From NCBI GenBank assembly GCA_965644295.1, contig CBFFRP010000215.1, positions 1 to 64,000 on the forward strand: a stretch of DNA of 64,000 nt, in the 5' to 3' direction. Each line of letters starts with the position of its first letter. Within the stretch, counting starts at the first letter, position 1. The position numbers were made by a program, and so were the translations under genes. A model generated the notes under the pieces. It was not told where the DNA came from and did not search any database. It worked only from the letters and a program-made list of their open reading frames with translations. Below, one piece after another: positions 37,032-49,061 of the stretch. Origin of the DNA: Paraphysomonas bandaiensis. Taxonomy: Eukaryota; Protista; Chrysophyceae.

Positions 37032-37154
37032 TGTCATAACTTGACAATTAATATATAGAGAGAGTTCTGAATACTGACAGTGCTCATGTAGCCACGGAAG
37101 AGGGACACAGTCCCCGTCACCTCTCCAGCAGTGCCCCTACTATCCATCAGCAGC

Positions 37155-37437
37155 GACTCATGAACGATTTTCCCTCCATTGTAGAAGTGGGGCCCGATAC
37201 CACCATTCTACCAGCAACTGAACTTGATCTCATTGTTGCTGCTGACACAGATGCCGAACTAAAACAAACCCTTCTAGTAGTTTAAATAATGACTCATGAA
37301 CGATTTTCCCTCCATTGTAGAAGTGGGGATCGATACCACCATTGATCCACTTCTACCAGCAACTGAACTTGATCTCATTGTTGCTGCTGACACAGATGCC
37401 GAACTAAAACAAACCCTTCTAGTAGTTTAAATAATGA
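37155..37437. repeat. 136-bp tandem duplication (second copy has a 9-bp insertion)
   Basis: Units start at 37155 and 37291. Confidence 0.92.
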
Positions 37438-37706
37438 TATCCAATTGTTGGTTAGGTTTTGGTTAATATTTAGAATTATCTTGTTGATTCGAAAGGGAGT
37501 ATGAATAGATTAAACTTATCTAGTATTGTGCGTATCGAATTCGTTGCATCTCGATGGCTTAAACTATGAATTGAAGTGAGGTTATTATTATGAGGTTATT
37601 ATAACAGTATCTATGCTAACCAAAACACAAGCCAGATCAATCCTCATCGTCATACAGACATAACTTTCATATTAATCTAATACACGCTTTTCAAATTATC
37701 ATACAG

Positions 37707-38132
37707 TTAAGCAGATGTATGTTTAACGGCTTGTTTGATAGCGTTCACCAGTTTATCCACAGCAGCGCGATTAGAACTACCCACTTTGAACATTCTTGTT
37801 GGGCTCCACAATCCATTATCCTTTAGGACATAGATGTAGTGGATCATGATGTCCTTCGAGGTGTCTTTGGAGTAGTTCTTAAGATAGATCGATGAGGGTA
37901 ACAAATTAGACGATAGTGGCAACTGAAAAACAAAATTCTCTGGATTTGTATTATATGTTTCTTCACTGTCATAGACTCTGAGTACCCCATCCATGACCAC
38001 CACATACGTTATGTCCCATGAGTTCGATCCAACAAAACCAAAATAACAAAACTTTGAAAATACTTTCTCAGAAAATAATACTTTCCCTGATAGAGGGGTA
38101 TCGTGGTCGTCCATACTGGCATAGTCTCCCAT
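37707..38132 (-). CDS. Small PH-domain-like protein
   Basis: LSGKV..SEK.......W...YVV..DGVLRVYDS, beta-rich, with C-terminal helix AAVDKLVNAIKQAV. Confidence 0.6.
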   Translation of the reverse strand: MGDYASMDDHDTPLSGKVLFSEKVFSKFCYFGFVGSNSWDITYVVVMDGVLRVYDSEETYNTNPENFVFQLPLSSNLLPSSIYLKNYSKDTSKDIMIHYIYVLKDNGLWSPTRMFKVGSSNRAAVDKLVNAIKQAVKHTSA

Positions 38133-38260
38133 GGCTCAGTATTAATAGGTGTGATTCAGAAGGAATAATGAAGAGATAGCTAAAATGTATGGAGAGACAT
38201 GTAAAATACCACACTCTGCTGTATAACATGAACACACCAGAAACAACTGCAGAAACACAC

Positions 38261-38601
38261 ACATACATACATACATACATACATACATACATACATACAT
38301 ACATACATACATACATACATACATACATACATACATACATACATACATACATACATACATACATACATACATACATACATACATACATACATACATACAT
38401 ACATACATACATACATACATACATACATACATACATACATACATACATAGATACATACATACATACATACATACATACATACATACATACATACATACAT
38501 ACATACATACATACATACATACATACATACATACATACATACATACATACATACATACATACATACATACATACATACATACATACATACATACATACAT
38601 A
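38261..38601. repeat. (ACAT)n microsatellite, ~85 units
   Basis: Seen directly; one variant base at 38450. Abuts the pogo left TIR. Confidence 0.98.
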
Positions 38602-40214
38602 CAGTCAGCTCGCGTTAAGATAGCAGATATATGGTGACGAATCTCGTTTTGATAGCGGAATTTTGCTTGGTACGGGATTTTCTGCAAAAAACCCTATTTT
38701 TTGTAGAAATACCTATTTTTTGTTTAAAACCCTGCTTTTTATGATTTTAATGTGGAAAACCTTATTTTTGGTGATATTTATGATATATCATATACGGGAT
38801 ACGCGCAGAGAGTACAATAGACAGGAATGCATCATTCATTCCATATACTTACATTACTTCATCTGCTGTATGTGGCGATGTCAGAGAAGTGCAGCATTGG
38901 TACCAAGTGCAAGAAATCGTTGAGAAGTTACTCCGATGTTGAGAAATGTAATTTTGTGAAAGAATATATAGAGGGTCATTTCAAATCTTTCAGCCAATTC
39001 GTTTCGTACAAGGAGAACATTTTCAGCCGTGCAGCATTCTCTACTTGGATGAAAGCCTGGAATGATGGTAATCTTAAGTATGAAACTTGCACAGGCCGCA
39101 AGAAGCAAAAGAAGGGTTCATTTCCTGAGGTGGAGGAGAAGCTTGTTGAGTACATTACCTTTCGCCAGGAAAACTATAAGTCCGATAAATGCGGTTTGAG
39201 CTGGTTCTATCTCCAGCAGAAGGCTAAGGACTATGCAAAGGTTTACAAAATTATGCAACAATAGGAAGATGCTGGCGCAAAGCGAATTGTTTGCCAGTAC
39301 CAATGCAGCAGCAACTTAATAATGACTTCGGCTCAGTAGATCGATATACATCTAAGATATCAAAGGAGAATGTCGAATCCTTGTGCAACCTAGTGTCAAC
39401 TTTGTGTATCAAAGTTAAGGACCTTCCTGATGTTCCTGATATAGCTTCAGGTATTACTGAGATGAGTACTTATAGTGCTCAACAGCGAGCTAGCGCTATC
39501 GAGTTATGGTGTGACATTGAAAGTGAGCCATTGGTAGTCGAAACTGAAATTGAGGAAGCCAAGGAACGCTTTGAAGCTTTATCTATTTCTCCACCAACAG
39601 CTACGGTAGAAGATGACGATGATCAAGCTGACACAAATGTTGACAGTACCACAACATCGAAGGTAAGTTTAAATCAGTTCAATGATGCCATGAGTGTTGT
39701 ATACGACTTCATCTTGCAAAGAAGTAGTTATGAAAATGCTGCTACCTTGCACTACCAGTTGATTAAGACCGCTTCCGAATTGACTAAAAGTTACTTAGAG
39801 GAGCGCGCCAAATCTTCGTCACAACCAATAATACAGCAATTTTTCTCCGTGCAAAAATCTAATTCTACACTGTAGTAGCGTTATGTGGAACTCTTGTTAG
39901 AGAGCGTTAAGTAATAACAAGGCTTTTTATATTATTATTTATTGGTACTGTGATAATAGAAAGTTTTCCAGCCTTAAGCTCAATAACTTGCCATATTGGA
40001 GTGTAGTATACGAAATTTTAAAGAAAGACTCAGGTTTTAAGTATAAAACCATGGTTTTACTATCTAAAAACCGTTTTTTCTTTTAAAAAACTAGATTTTT
40101 GTACAAAACCTCCGTTTTTGGAAACAAAAACCAGGGTTTTTTATGGTGACGACTTCCGTTTTGATGACGACTTCTGCCATGGTACATGTCCGTCAGCTTA
40201 ACGCGAGCTGACTG
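38602..40214 (+). mobile_element. pogo/Tigger-family (Tc1/mariner superfamily) DNA transposon, internally deleted
   Basis: Perfect 18-bp TIRs CAGTCAGCTCGCGTTAAG (38602-38619 and 40197-40214), TA on both sides, transposase remnants inside. Confidence 0.92.
38878..39875 (+). pseudogene. pogo-like transposase lacking the DDE/D domain
   Basis: HTH plus CENP-B-type RKKQKKGSFPEVEEKLVEYI...LQQKA (38878-~39240). The frame then switches to TIGRCWRKANCLP, the conserved post-DDE motif, and the C-terminal tail runs to 39875. Confidence 0.85.
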
Positions 40215-40406
40215 TACATACATATATACGTACATACATACATGCATGTGGAATGGGCTTCTCTTAACTGGGTTGTATCGTGGCATAATCTGCAGTGGAT
40301 GTTCTATTAAATATACATAATATCCGTGTAGTACTACCACTACACACATATATACTCTCCCTGCAATCTATTCATACATTGTGCGTAGTATACATATAGC
40401 AACACT

Positions 40407-41906
40407 ATGAGCGGTGGACATAGGAACTACATGTCTATCAATGTAGAGGAGGGGGACTGCACCTCTCCATCTGCCCCTTCTAGTCCATGGAGAAAAGAGC
40501 TCCTAGATGTTTCTCTCCCTGAGATTCATCGATCGATAGCAGTGCCTCCCTCTACAGCTTCATTCTTTAAGAAACTAATGGCATATTCTGGACCCGGTGC
40601 TCTTGTTGCTGTCGGTTATATGGATCCAGGGAACTGGAGTACAGATATTGGAGGCGGCAGTGCTTATAATTATGACTTATTGTTTGTCATCCTGTTGTCT
40701 TCTATTGTGGCTGTGTTTTTACAGGGATTGTCTGTCAAAGCGGGAATCGTGTTTCAACGGGATCTTGCTCAAGCATGCAGAGATGCGTATCCACCTGTGG
40801 TTGTAGGGACATTGTGGATTATATCCGAAGTGGCTATTATTGCTACTGACTTAGCTGAGGTTTTGGGATCGGCGATTGCGTTGAAACTACTGTTTGGGTG
40901 CCCACTAATTGTTGGTGTCGTTATAACTGCTGCTGATGTTTTGCTTGTACTCATGGCACAGGTATAGGAGACCACATTTGTATTGTAATAGTTTATTTTG
41001 CTGATCAGGGCCGTAGAATTAAGGTCATTGAAGCGATTGTCGTCATTCTGATTCTTGTTATCACTGTTTCCTTTGCCATGCAAATGTTTCTCTCTCGTCC
41101 TAATATGGGGGAGCTTGCAGAAGGCCTCTTTATCCCTTCTCTGAACACTGTCACTGACCCTGATCGACTTTTTCTTGCCGTCAGTATATTGGGGGCGACT
41201 GTCATGCCTCATGTAAGTTTTGGAATTCTAGTTATGAGCCCCACTTATATGTGTTTCTGTACAGAATCTCTTCCTGCACTCAAGTGTGATTCTGTCTCGA
41301 GCATCTGACACCACCGTCAGTGGTAAGCGTGAAGCCATCCTCTTCGGCGTACTAGACTGCACTATTGCCCTGTCTTTGGCATTTTTCGTTAACGCTGCCA
41401 TACTCATTGTCGCTGCTGCTACTTTTTATAAACGTGGGTACACTGAAGTGGCTGACCTAGAGGACGCATACGCTTTGTTGAATCCACTGTTAGGAAGCTC
41501 GTGTGCGTCAGTACTTTTCGGAGTGGCACTACTCGCCGCTGGACAGAACTCAACGCTCACAGGAACAATGGCAGGGCAGATAGTGATGGAGGGATTCATG
41601 AACTGGTCTATTGACCCTCTCATTAGGAGAATTGTGACTCGACTCATGGCTATTATTCCAGCTGTTTTTGTTATTATAGTAGGTGGTAATGCGGCCACTA
41701 ATACCTTACTTCTATTCAGTCAAGTTGTCCTATCATTCGCACTTCCATTCGCAGTGTTTCCGTTAGTACATCTCACGTCAGACCCAGAAAAAATGGGAAA
41801 TTTTGTCAACAATTCGATCACCACATATATCGCATATATTATTGCAATTGTGATATCGATATTGAACTTCGTTTTGCTTTACTATGCTGTGACTGGCTCT
41901 GGATAA
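40407..41906 (+). CDS. NRAMP/MntH divalent metal transporter
   Basis: AVGYMDPGNW, TDLAEVLG.AIAL, GATVMPH|NLFLHS, GQNSTLTGTMAGQIVMEGF, SQVVLSF.LPFA. Introns at ~40962-41008 and 41214-41263. Confidence 0.96.
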
Positions 41907-42461
41907 ATGAAAATCGTTTGTAACTGCTTGATATTAGATATTAGTCTCAATAGTATCTTTTAGTTTATGAAATGGTTTTTGGCTTACATTGGACAGCTAA
42001 ATAATTTCACGATTAGAATCATTGACGAACAGAGCTGCTCTCATAACTCTTCGCATATCGAACCTACTAGGATGCACTCCAGCATGACGAACTCGTTAAA
42101 AATAAGTTTACGACTATACGGGAGATCTTGGTATATGTTTGTACATTGAAAAGACACCGCTGACTACTCTATACTGTTCCAACAAGTAAAAGGATTCTAT
42201 AGTTAAGTAACAGAGCAAGAAGCTACAGAATGACATATATAAATGTATTCAATATGGAGCGAAACAGTACTTATTTACTACTCTTTGGAAAGATGAAATA
42301 ATATATTGTTATGTTCTAAAGTGGTATAGCTGTTTTTATGGACACAATACACGATTATCTTTACACAACAGCAACAATGGATAAAAAAGTAATATGTACG
42401 TACACAATGTATCATGTAAACATGTGGTGCTAACACAATACAACAACTCATGCACTGATAG

Positions 42462-45400
42462 CTATATTAGATTTGCCGGATCGATCCCAAGATCCTTGTA
42501 TTCTTGAATCTTCTCAGCTTCATCTTTTACTCTTTGGTAGTACCCCGAAAGCTTTTTCTTTTGTCTCATTGCTCGAGCTCTACGTTTGCGCTCTTTCTCA
42601 TTTTCAGCTTCTTCCATAGCCATCCGTTCTTGTTCCTAACACATAAAGTGAAAAAGATAGCAGCCCACTGAAAATTTTACCTCCTGCTGCTGCAGGGCAG
42701 CAGCTCTGGCTTCCTTGTCCTTGAGCCACTCCTGAATCTTCATATTTTTATTTATTTTTTTCTGTTTAAAATTACATTTAGAAACTCATTACTAGAGTGA
42801 CTGTACAATCCAGACCTTTGCCTTTGCTAGACTTGCTCTAATCTGTTCTTCCTCCTCTTCTTTGGTTGGAGGTGCAATCCATGCTATGTACATATTACAA
42901 TAGACATTGCAAACCTATTCCTCTTACCCGATTCATTTGGAGAATTGGAGCTGGCACCTCTGACTCTATACGCTACGCCTCCAGACGTAGGCTGTGAGCT
43001 ACAAAAGAAAAATAAGCATCACACATAAGATTGCATAAGAAACAGTCTACCTATTAATAGAAGGTAAAGACGATTTGCTTGTGTTGACTGCATCATTCCT
43101 CTTCTGCAGGAAAACTTATAAGTTTAAAAAATAAGCTGGATATGAACATACCACAGCAATTCGAGGGAGAAAATTATCTGCCTGTGCACTGCTAGCTTTG
43201 CTATTAACAGGGATTAGAAAATAGATATATTGGATCTAGTATTGTACCTCGGGCTGGATTTACTTTCTTTAGGAGGATTCACCATGTTCGAGATATTCTT
43301 CTGAAAAGTTCATTATGCAAAAAATCACACAAACAAGAAATTTACCGAGTTTTCTTTTCTGCCCTTCGTTCCGTTCCTACTTTCTGTGTCAAAAGCGAGT
43401 TTCGTCTGTTTGACATTGGCTACATTTTCTGCAAGACAGATGACGAACTCGTGCACGAGCAAATATACACAAACTTCACCTTTGGTTTCCATCGCCTTCT
43501 GCCGTAACCTGGCAAGAGTGGCGAACACTTGTTCTACCAACTGCCGCATGACATCCTCTTCAATTTCAAACTTAAAGAACCTTGTCAGTGTGTTCTGCCA
43601 GGTTGCTAGTTAGTCACTAAAAAGGACACCCACTGAAGTGTAAGTACCTGCAAAATGTCAGTTTGTCCCCATAACATATCGTGCTGCTCCGATAGCGTAA
43701 CTAGCGCTTCAATAGCAGACATGTGACTCTCTTTCTCTTTCGATGATTGCCGCTGAATCTGTAAAGTACCCGTTACACCAATTGGTGTGTCGCGATAAAC
43801 ACCACCTACCCTTGGCGACACGGGGTCTCTGCTGGTTGCCAACTGCACTCTCAGGTTCTCGTTCTCCCGCTCCAACGATGCTATTCTGTTGTCTTTTGCT
43901 GTGCTAGTGGCAGCCATGAGAGCCTTTTGCATTTCAGCTTCACTTATAGCTCCATCCTACGATATATTACACGTAGCAGAACTCAAAGTTTGGAGCGTAA
44001 CCTCCAAATCGGCTCCTGAGTGCTGCACCTCATTTGTCCCAACACTTCCACCGCTCTGATCCACCTGTGCTGTAGCCATTTTATCTGTAAACTTCTTCAG
44101 CAATTGCCGAAGGTATTTAACCTCTCTGTTCATCATATTAATGTGTATAGTTCATGATATACAACAAACCTCTGCAGCTTCATAACCATTTCGTGGTCTA
44201 CGGGTCGTGTTTCGTTCACAGAAAGTTGCGTCATCACCTGCTTTGCTCTGTCGGCAAACTTAAGAGTAGATATTGATTCCTCAGCATTTCCTCTGCAAAT
44301 ATAGTACAATGTAAGTACAACAGACAAGCAGAGGAGCAAGACTTACAGAGATGGCGAGAGTGTGGCAATGAGGAATGTTCTAGAGTTTCCGCCCAGTGAA
44401 TCTTGCAGTAGTCTTGTTAATTTTGACTCCCTGTAGGGAACATGTGTATCTTTCCCGTTCGCGACCTTTACCAATGATGATATACATTTCCCTAGGGTGT
44501 GCAAGCTTAGATTAATGTTTGTGAGCTCACTAATATGCTCGTCTCTCATGTAGAGCTTCGTATTCCACTTCTCGGATCCTATTGCACCGTTACATTTAAG
44601 CGAACCTCACCACACGAATGAACCTACCAGCAAGGTCCACTAAATTAAATTTAGCACGAAGACTAACCTCTCCACCATCAGATGCCACGCGCCGCTGTTC
44701 CACAAATATCTGCAATTTTGATCAGACTACGTTACTGAATAAAATGGTGCACGGCACACCTGGAATATCGAATGACTGCGCGAAGAGAATTGATTCATGT
44801 TCGTTTCGCGGATAGCGCGGTTTTCTTCAGCAACACTACGGCTTGTGTTGAGTGCTATCAACGTATAGTGCATAATACCAACCGTAGTAGCTGGAGAGTT
44901 TCATGAACACTTTTAACGATGTACTCAGAAAGACCTTGCACGTAAATCTCCTGGTGATCTTCTCTTATAGTCAATGGATGAGCCATATTAGGATCTCTAT
45001 ACAGCATTGTTACAAAACATAATATCACAAGAACACAACAAACCTAAGCATATCATAGCAATTCTCGTTGTAAAGCTGTACAAATGAACACAAGACCGAA
45101 AATTGAAGGACCTCCGGGTGATGCGACAACTGGAAAATTTGTTGGATAGCTCTAGGAATCAAACCCACCAAACTGCCTTCCAGATTCACAGCATCGTAAG
45201 TGTTTGAGCTGGGAGGACCAAACATTGTATGGGTCTATTCATTCACAATATTAGAAATCGTAATATCAGAGTGATAAAACTCATACTTTTCCTGAACCCG
45301 TTTGCCCATACGCAAATATTGTACTTTCCAGATAAAGTAAGAACATGCATCCAAAAATAACTTACAAATATACCTATTAAACCCATCGGTGACAGATGAC

Positions 45401-45675
45401 GTACACACTTGAACGGCATCGTATACTTCCTCTTGAGTAGATTGCGGGCCAAGTACAGCATCAAACGAACACTGAAACTTCTTCCTGTTATCAGCATTCC
45501 GAAGAGTTAAAGAACTACTATCATAAAATGTAACGGATGATTCTTCTCCAGTGTTTCCGATTTCAGTTTCATTTAATGGTCTAATTCGTACAAGTACTTT
45601 AATACTCTCTGCTTTTGAATCGACATCTGGTACAACCACTTCAGATTGAGACTGACCACTCTCTTCTTCACTCAT
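42462..45675 (-). CDS. Kinesin motor protein, many exons
   Basis: [30 protein letters not shown]|[40 protein letters not shown], then coiled coil. Confidence 0.95.
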
Positions 45676-46409
45676 CCTTCCTTTCAATTGTAATTATAGA
45701 GAATATGAACGATTCATAACATTAATGAGTGGTGAGTAACATAAATTATTAATGAATAGATCAGGTAGGTCTACGTGTGTGTATATAGACAAGTGCTGGC
45801 TGTATTTCTATTAACGGAACAAGCAAAAAAACCATACAGAAAATATGTCAAAAAACTAACCGCCGATCACACTACATCAGAGTACTGCTGTACATACTGC
45901 TGTACCTATAGGTTGGTACTGTATATACAGCCGGTAGTAATGTGTTTTCACTACGTAGAACTTTCTAGTAAAGAAATTCTTCATATACAGCACTATACTA
46001 CTGTATATGGCTGTATATGGATGAACACAGACATATCTAGCTAGTGTAATGCATATACTGGTATATCTTCAGTGTGATGTACAAAAGTACATTCATGATC
46101 TCTTACAGAAATAAACGAAGTTGAAGTATGAAGTATTGAATATTCGAATATCTCAAACGAACGATCTTCTTTCAATCTCTCTTAGCTATAGATAACTTCA
46201 GTACATACCGCATACCTTCTCCACACACATCACATACACACAACTGTGATGAGAGCTCGTTAGTATTAATAATCCCATACAAGACTTTTAACTATCTACA
46301 TCTACATTATCTGCCATCATCAAAAGGCATCAAGGTAGTAATTGATAACTCTATCATTTACATGAATGAATCATTGATTGTTTGGTCGTATGTCGTCAGA
46401 TATAGCGGA

Positions 46410-47858
46410 ATGAGTTTACTATCAGATTCGTACAGAGTGCCTCAGAAATTTGGCAGTTATGAGTTTAATATACGCGACTGGCTTCTTGTCCCTCGATTAC
46501 CTGGTCAAGGAATGACCAGTCCAGTGTTCTCTATAGGCACAAAGGATAGCTGGCAGCTGGTGGTATATCCTGGAGGGACAACTGACTCGGATGAGTCCTC
46601 TATCACTGTTGTGCTACAGAACATGGGACAGGGACACATACGGTATAACTCCACTACTGTTACCCCTATCGCTACTATCTAATAAATAAAAAAGGGCAAC
46701 ATGCGAACTGTTTCTCAGAACATCTACAGGTGAGTTGAAACTAATGAATTCTACAACTCCAGCTTTCAGATTTGGGTGCCACGGATGTGATGATCCTTCT
46801 GATAAATGGGTTGCCACTGTACCTATTTCATTTGACTATTCCGTTTCTTCTGAATCGGAGTATATGAGCAATGGCACGATGACATTTGTTGTGGATGTTA
46901 CTGTTGTCGACAATCCGGAATTGGTTATTACGGAAGGTATCCAGGAGTTTGAGGAGTTTCAAGTACCAACACTGTCGTCGGATCTTAGAGCGCTCTTGAA
47001 TCAACCCACCCAGCTAGGTATCAGGTCCGATGTCACCTTGGCTTCTGGTGAAACACGTGTACCGTGTCATCAGTGCATTCTATCGGCTCGTTCATCAGTA
47101 TTCCGAGAGCAGTTCATGTCGTCGTCCATTGCCATGAAGCGGATGCTTCATGCGGGAAAACTTTATGTTTCCAAGATAGATCCCGCTGTGCTCCACGAGT
47201 TCGTATGCTTTTTGTATACAGATGAATGTAATCCGGATATGCTTCAAGGAGAAACCTTGACTGCTCTCTTTAGTGCAGCGTGCAAGTACAAGGTGAACGG
47301 CCTGCGAGACATCTGTGAGCGAGAAATCACGCGTACACTAACTATTGACTCTGCCGCGGATATGTTAGCATTGGCAGATCGGCTTCAAGCCCCTGTTTTA
47401 AAACAACACTGCGTCAAATTTATAGGTAGTCTATGTTACTGTATATTTTTGTATGTAATAATTATGTATTAGGAGAGTATACTAAAGAGGTGTCAGGTAC
47501 TGAGGGGTTTAAGGCTCTTGATGCGGATCTCTGTCGCCTGGTACTGGGAGAAGTTACTGCAGAGCAGGAAATGGTACACGCACATCATGCTGCTCTCGCT
47601 TCCGCATCTTCAGAGGAAAAACCGGAAGAAGAGCGGAAATCTTATCCGAAAAAGGATGCTCCCGATGAACTCTTTCAGGAATCCCTCGATGACGAAGAAA
47701 CTCAAGACTCAAAATCACAAGGGAAGGAAGAGTCAGAAAGATTTAAAAACAAGGATGAGCTTGAAGATGTTTCCAAGCCAAAAACTGTAATCGAAACAAC
47801 CGATAAGTCTGAGGCTATGGATAAAGCTCTTCCAGATACTAACTTAGCCACATCGTAA
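46410..47858 (+). CDS. MATH-BTB (SPOP-like) Cullin-3 adaptor
   Basis: SPVF....WQLVVYPGG (MATH); SDVTL......HQCILSARSSVF, FLYTD, A.KY.V..L...CE (BTB/BACK). Confidence 0.9.
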
Positions 47859-48080
47859 TACTCCATACTAAAAGGCGAAAGGAGTAGCTTGTGGCAGGCA
47901 TATTTCATATAGGTTGTTGCGTTTCTATTTTATTACGTTTGCCATTTTTATTGACTTAGCATTTGGTATTTTATGCGCTACATATAGTTATCTCGATATG
48001 ATGACACTGATTATGTCATTAACATTTTTGATTTTTTCGCACTCAATAGGGATAAGTAAGAAATTTGAACCACTAATTAT

Positions 48081-48213
48081 CAGGGTTGTCTAACTATTAA
48101 TTGACAAGTAATTGAAGCAGGTTGTAGTCCATTATAATTGCAATTGTTATTTGCTGTCCCAATTACAATTAATTGTAATTAATTGAAAACCAATTGCTTG
48201 ATACGCAGCCCCG
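48081..48213. mobile_element. Possible degenerate hAT-like MITE
   Basis: Ends CAGGGTTGT...GCAGCCCCG (imperfect inverted), flanks CTAATTAT/CTATTATA, internal AATTG/AATTAC motifs and a 20-bp palindrome. Confidence 0.4.
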
Positions 48214-48615
48214 CTATTATATTTTGGTGTATCGCAAGGCTGCGTAATGATTAATTAATATTAAAGTACGCACTTATGTATAGCTTCAAATTAGCTGCCA
48301 ACATAGCTTGTTCAACTGTCAATTCATTTTAGAGACGACGATTCATGCGTAGAAACAAAAGCAGCACTGAATACAGAGGAGTCATACTCCTGCGTGAATT
48401 AGCTCTACTTCATTGTGGCATGCAAGTGTTTCAAGTTGCGCTATCGAGTTTGCTTGTTCAGGCGTGCTCCCTTCGCTGCACTGTGTTGACATTCTGAACT
48501 AGATCCTCACTGTCGTCATATTCTTCTTTCCCATGGAAAGTAAAAATATTAAATTTAACCCTTTTCCGTCCGGGTAAGTGAGGATTCGTTGCCACCTTGC
48601 ATCTTCACGGCTGCA

Positions 48616-48760
48616 TATCTTGAATTGTCATGATACAGTACTTCAGTTTCACAGTTATAGCTATATACTATATAGTACCTTTGACTACGTATTACTGATT
48701 TTTACATTGTATTTAACGTATTCTACAGTACTATCTTAGAGAGCCATACGTATTCCAACA
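48616..48760 (-). mobile_element. Isolated LTR copy of the Copia family at 62593-64000
   Basis: Highly similar to 62593-62738, ends TTCCAACA (TGTTGGAA on minus). No clear TSD. Confidence 0.85.
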
Positions 48761-49061
48761 CTATCATCCACCATTTTCGCTGAGAATGTTTCAGCGGCGT
48801 TGTATTAAGTATTTCAATGCTACTTGTCAATGTGCTACTATGTTCTAAACAACCAAAACTAAAATATATATTTTGCATTCGAACGGGTATGCATATCATT
48901 GATGTGCTTACAAACCATGCTCGATAACGTGTATGCACCTCACAGCCACAAAGAAATTATCAAATTTAAGAAATTATCAGTTCGGATTGTGAAAGAGAAA
49001 CACCTAAACGGAATACAAAACTTAAACTGTAATACCTATTCTGTCTACACGCTGACACGTC

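Noticed and set aside
38068-38687. Long MYVC/HTYI ORFs (also 51877-52443)
   Set aside because: Artefacts of the stop-free (ACAT)n microsatellite.
40407-41906. NRAMP as a recent bacterial transfer
   Set aside because: It has introns, and prototype Nramps similar to bacterial MntH group C are established in eukaryotes, so similarity alone is not evidence.
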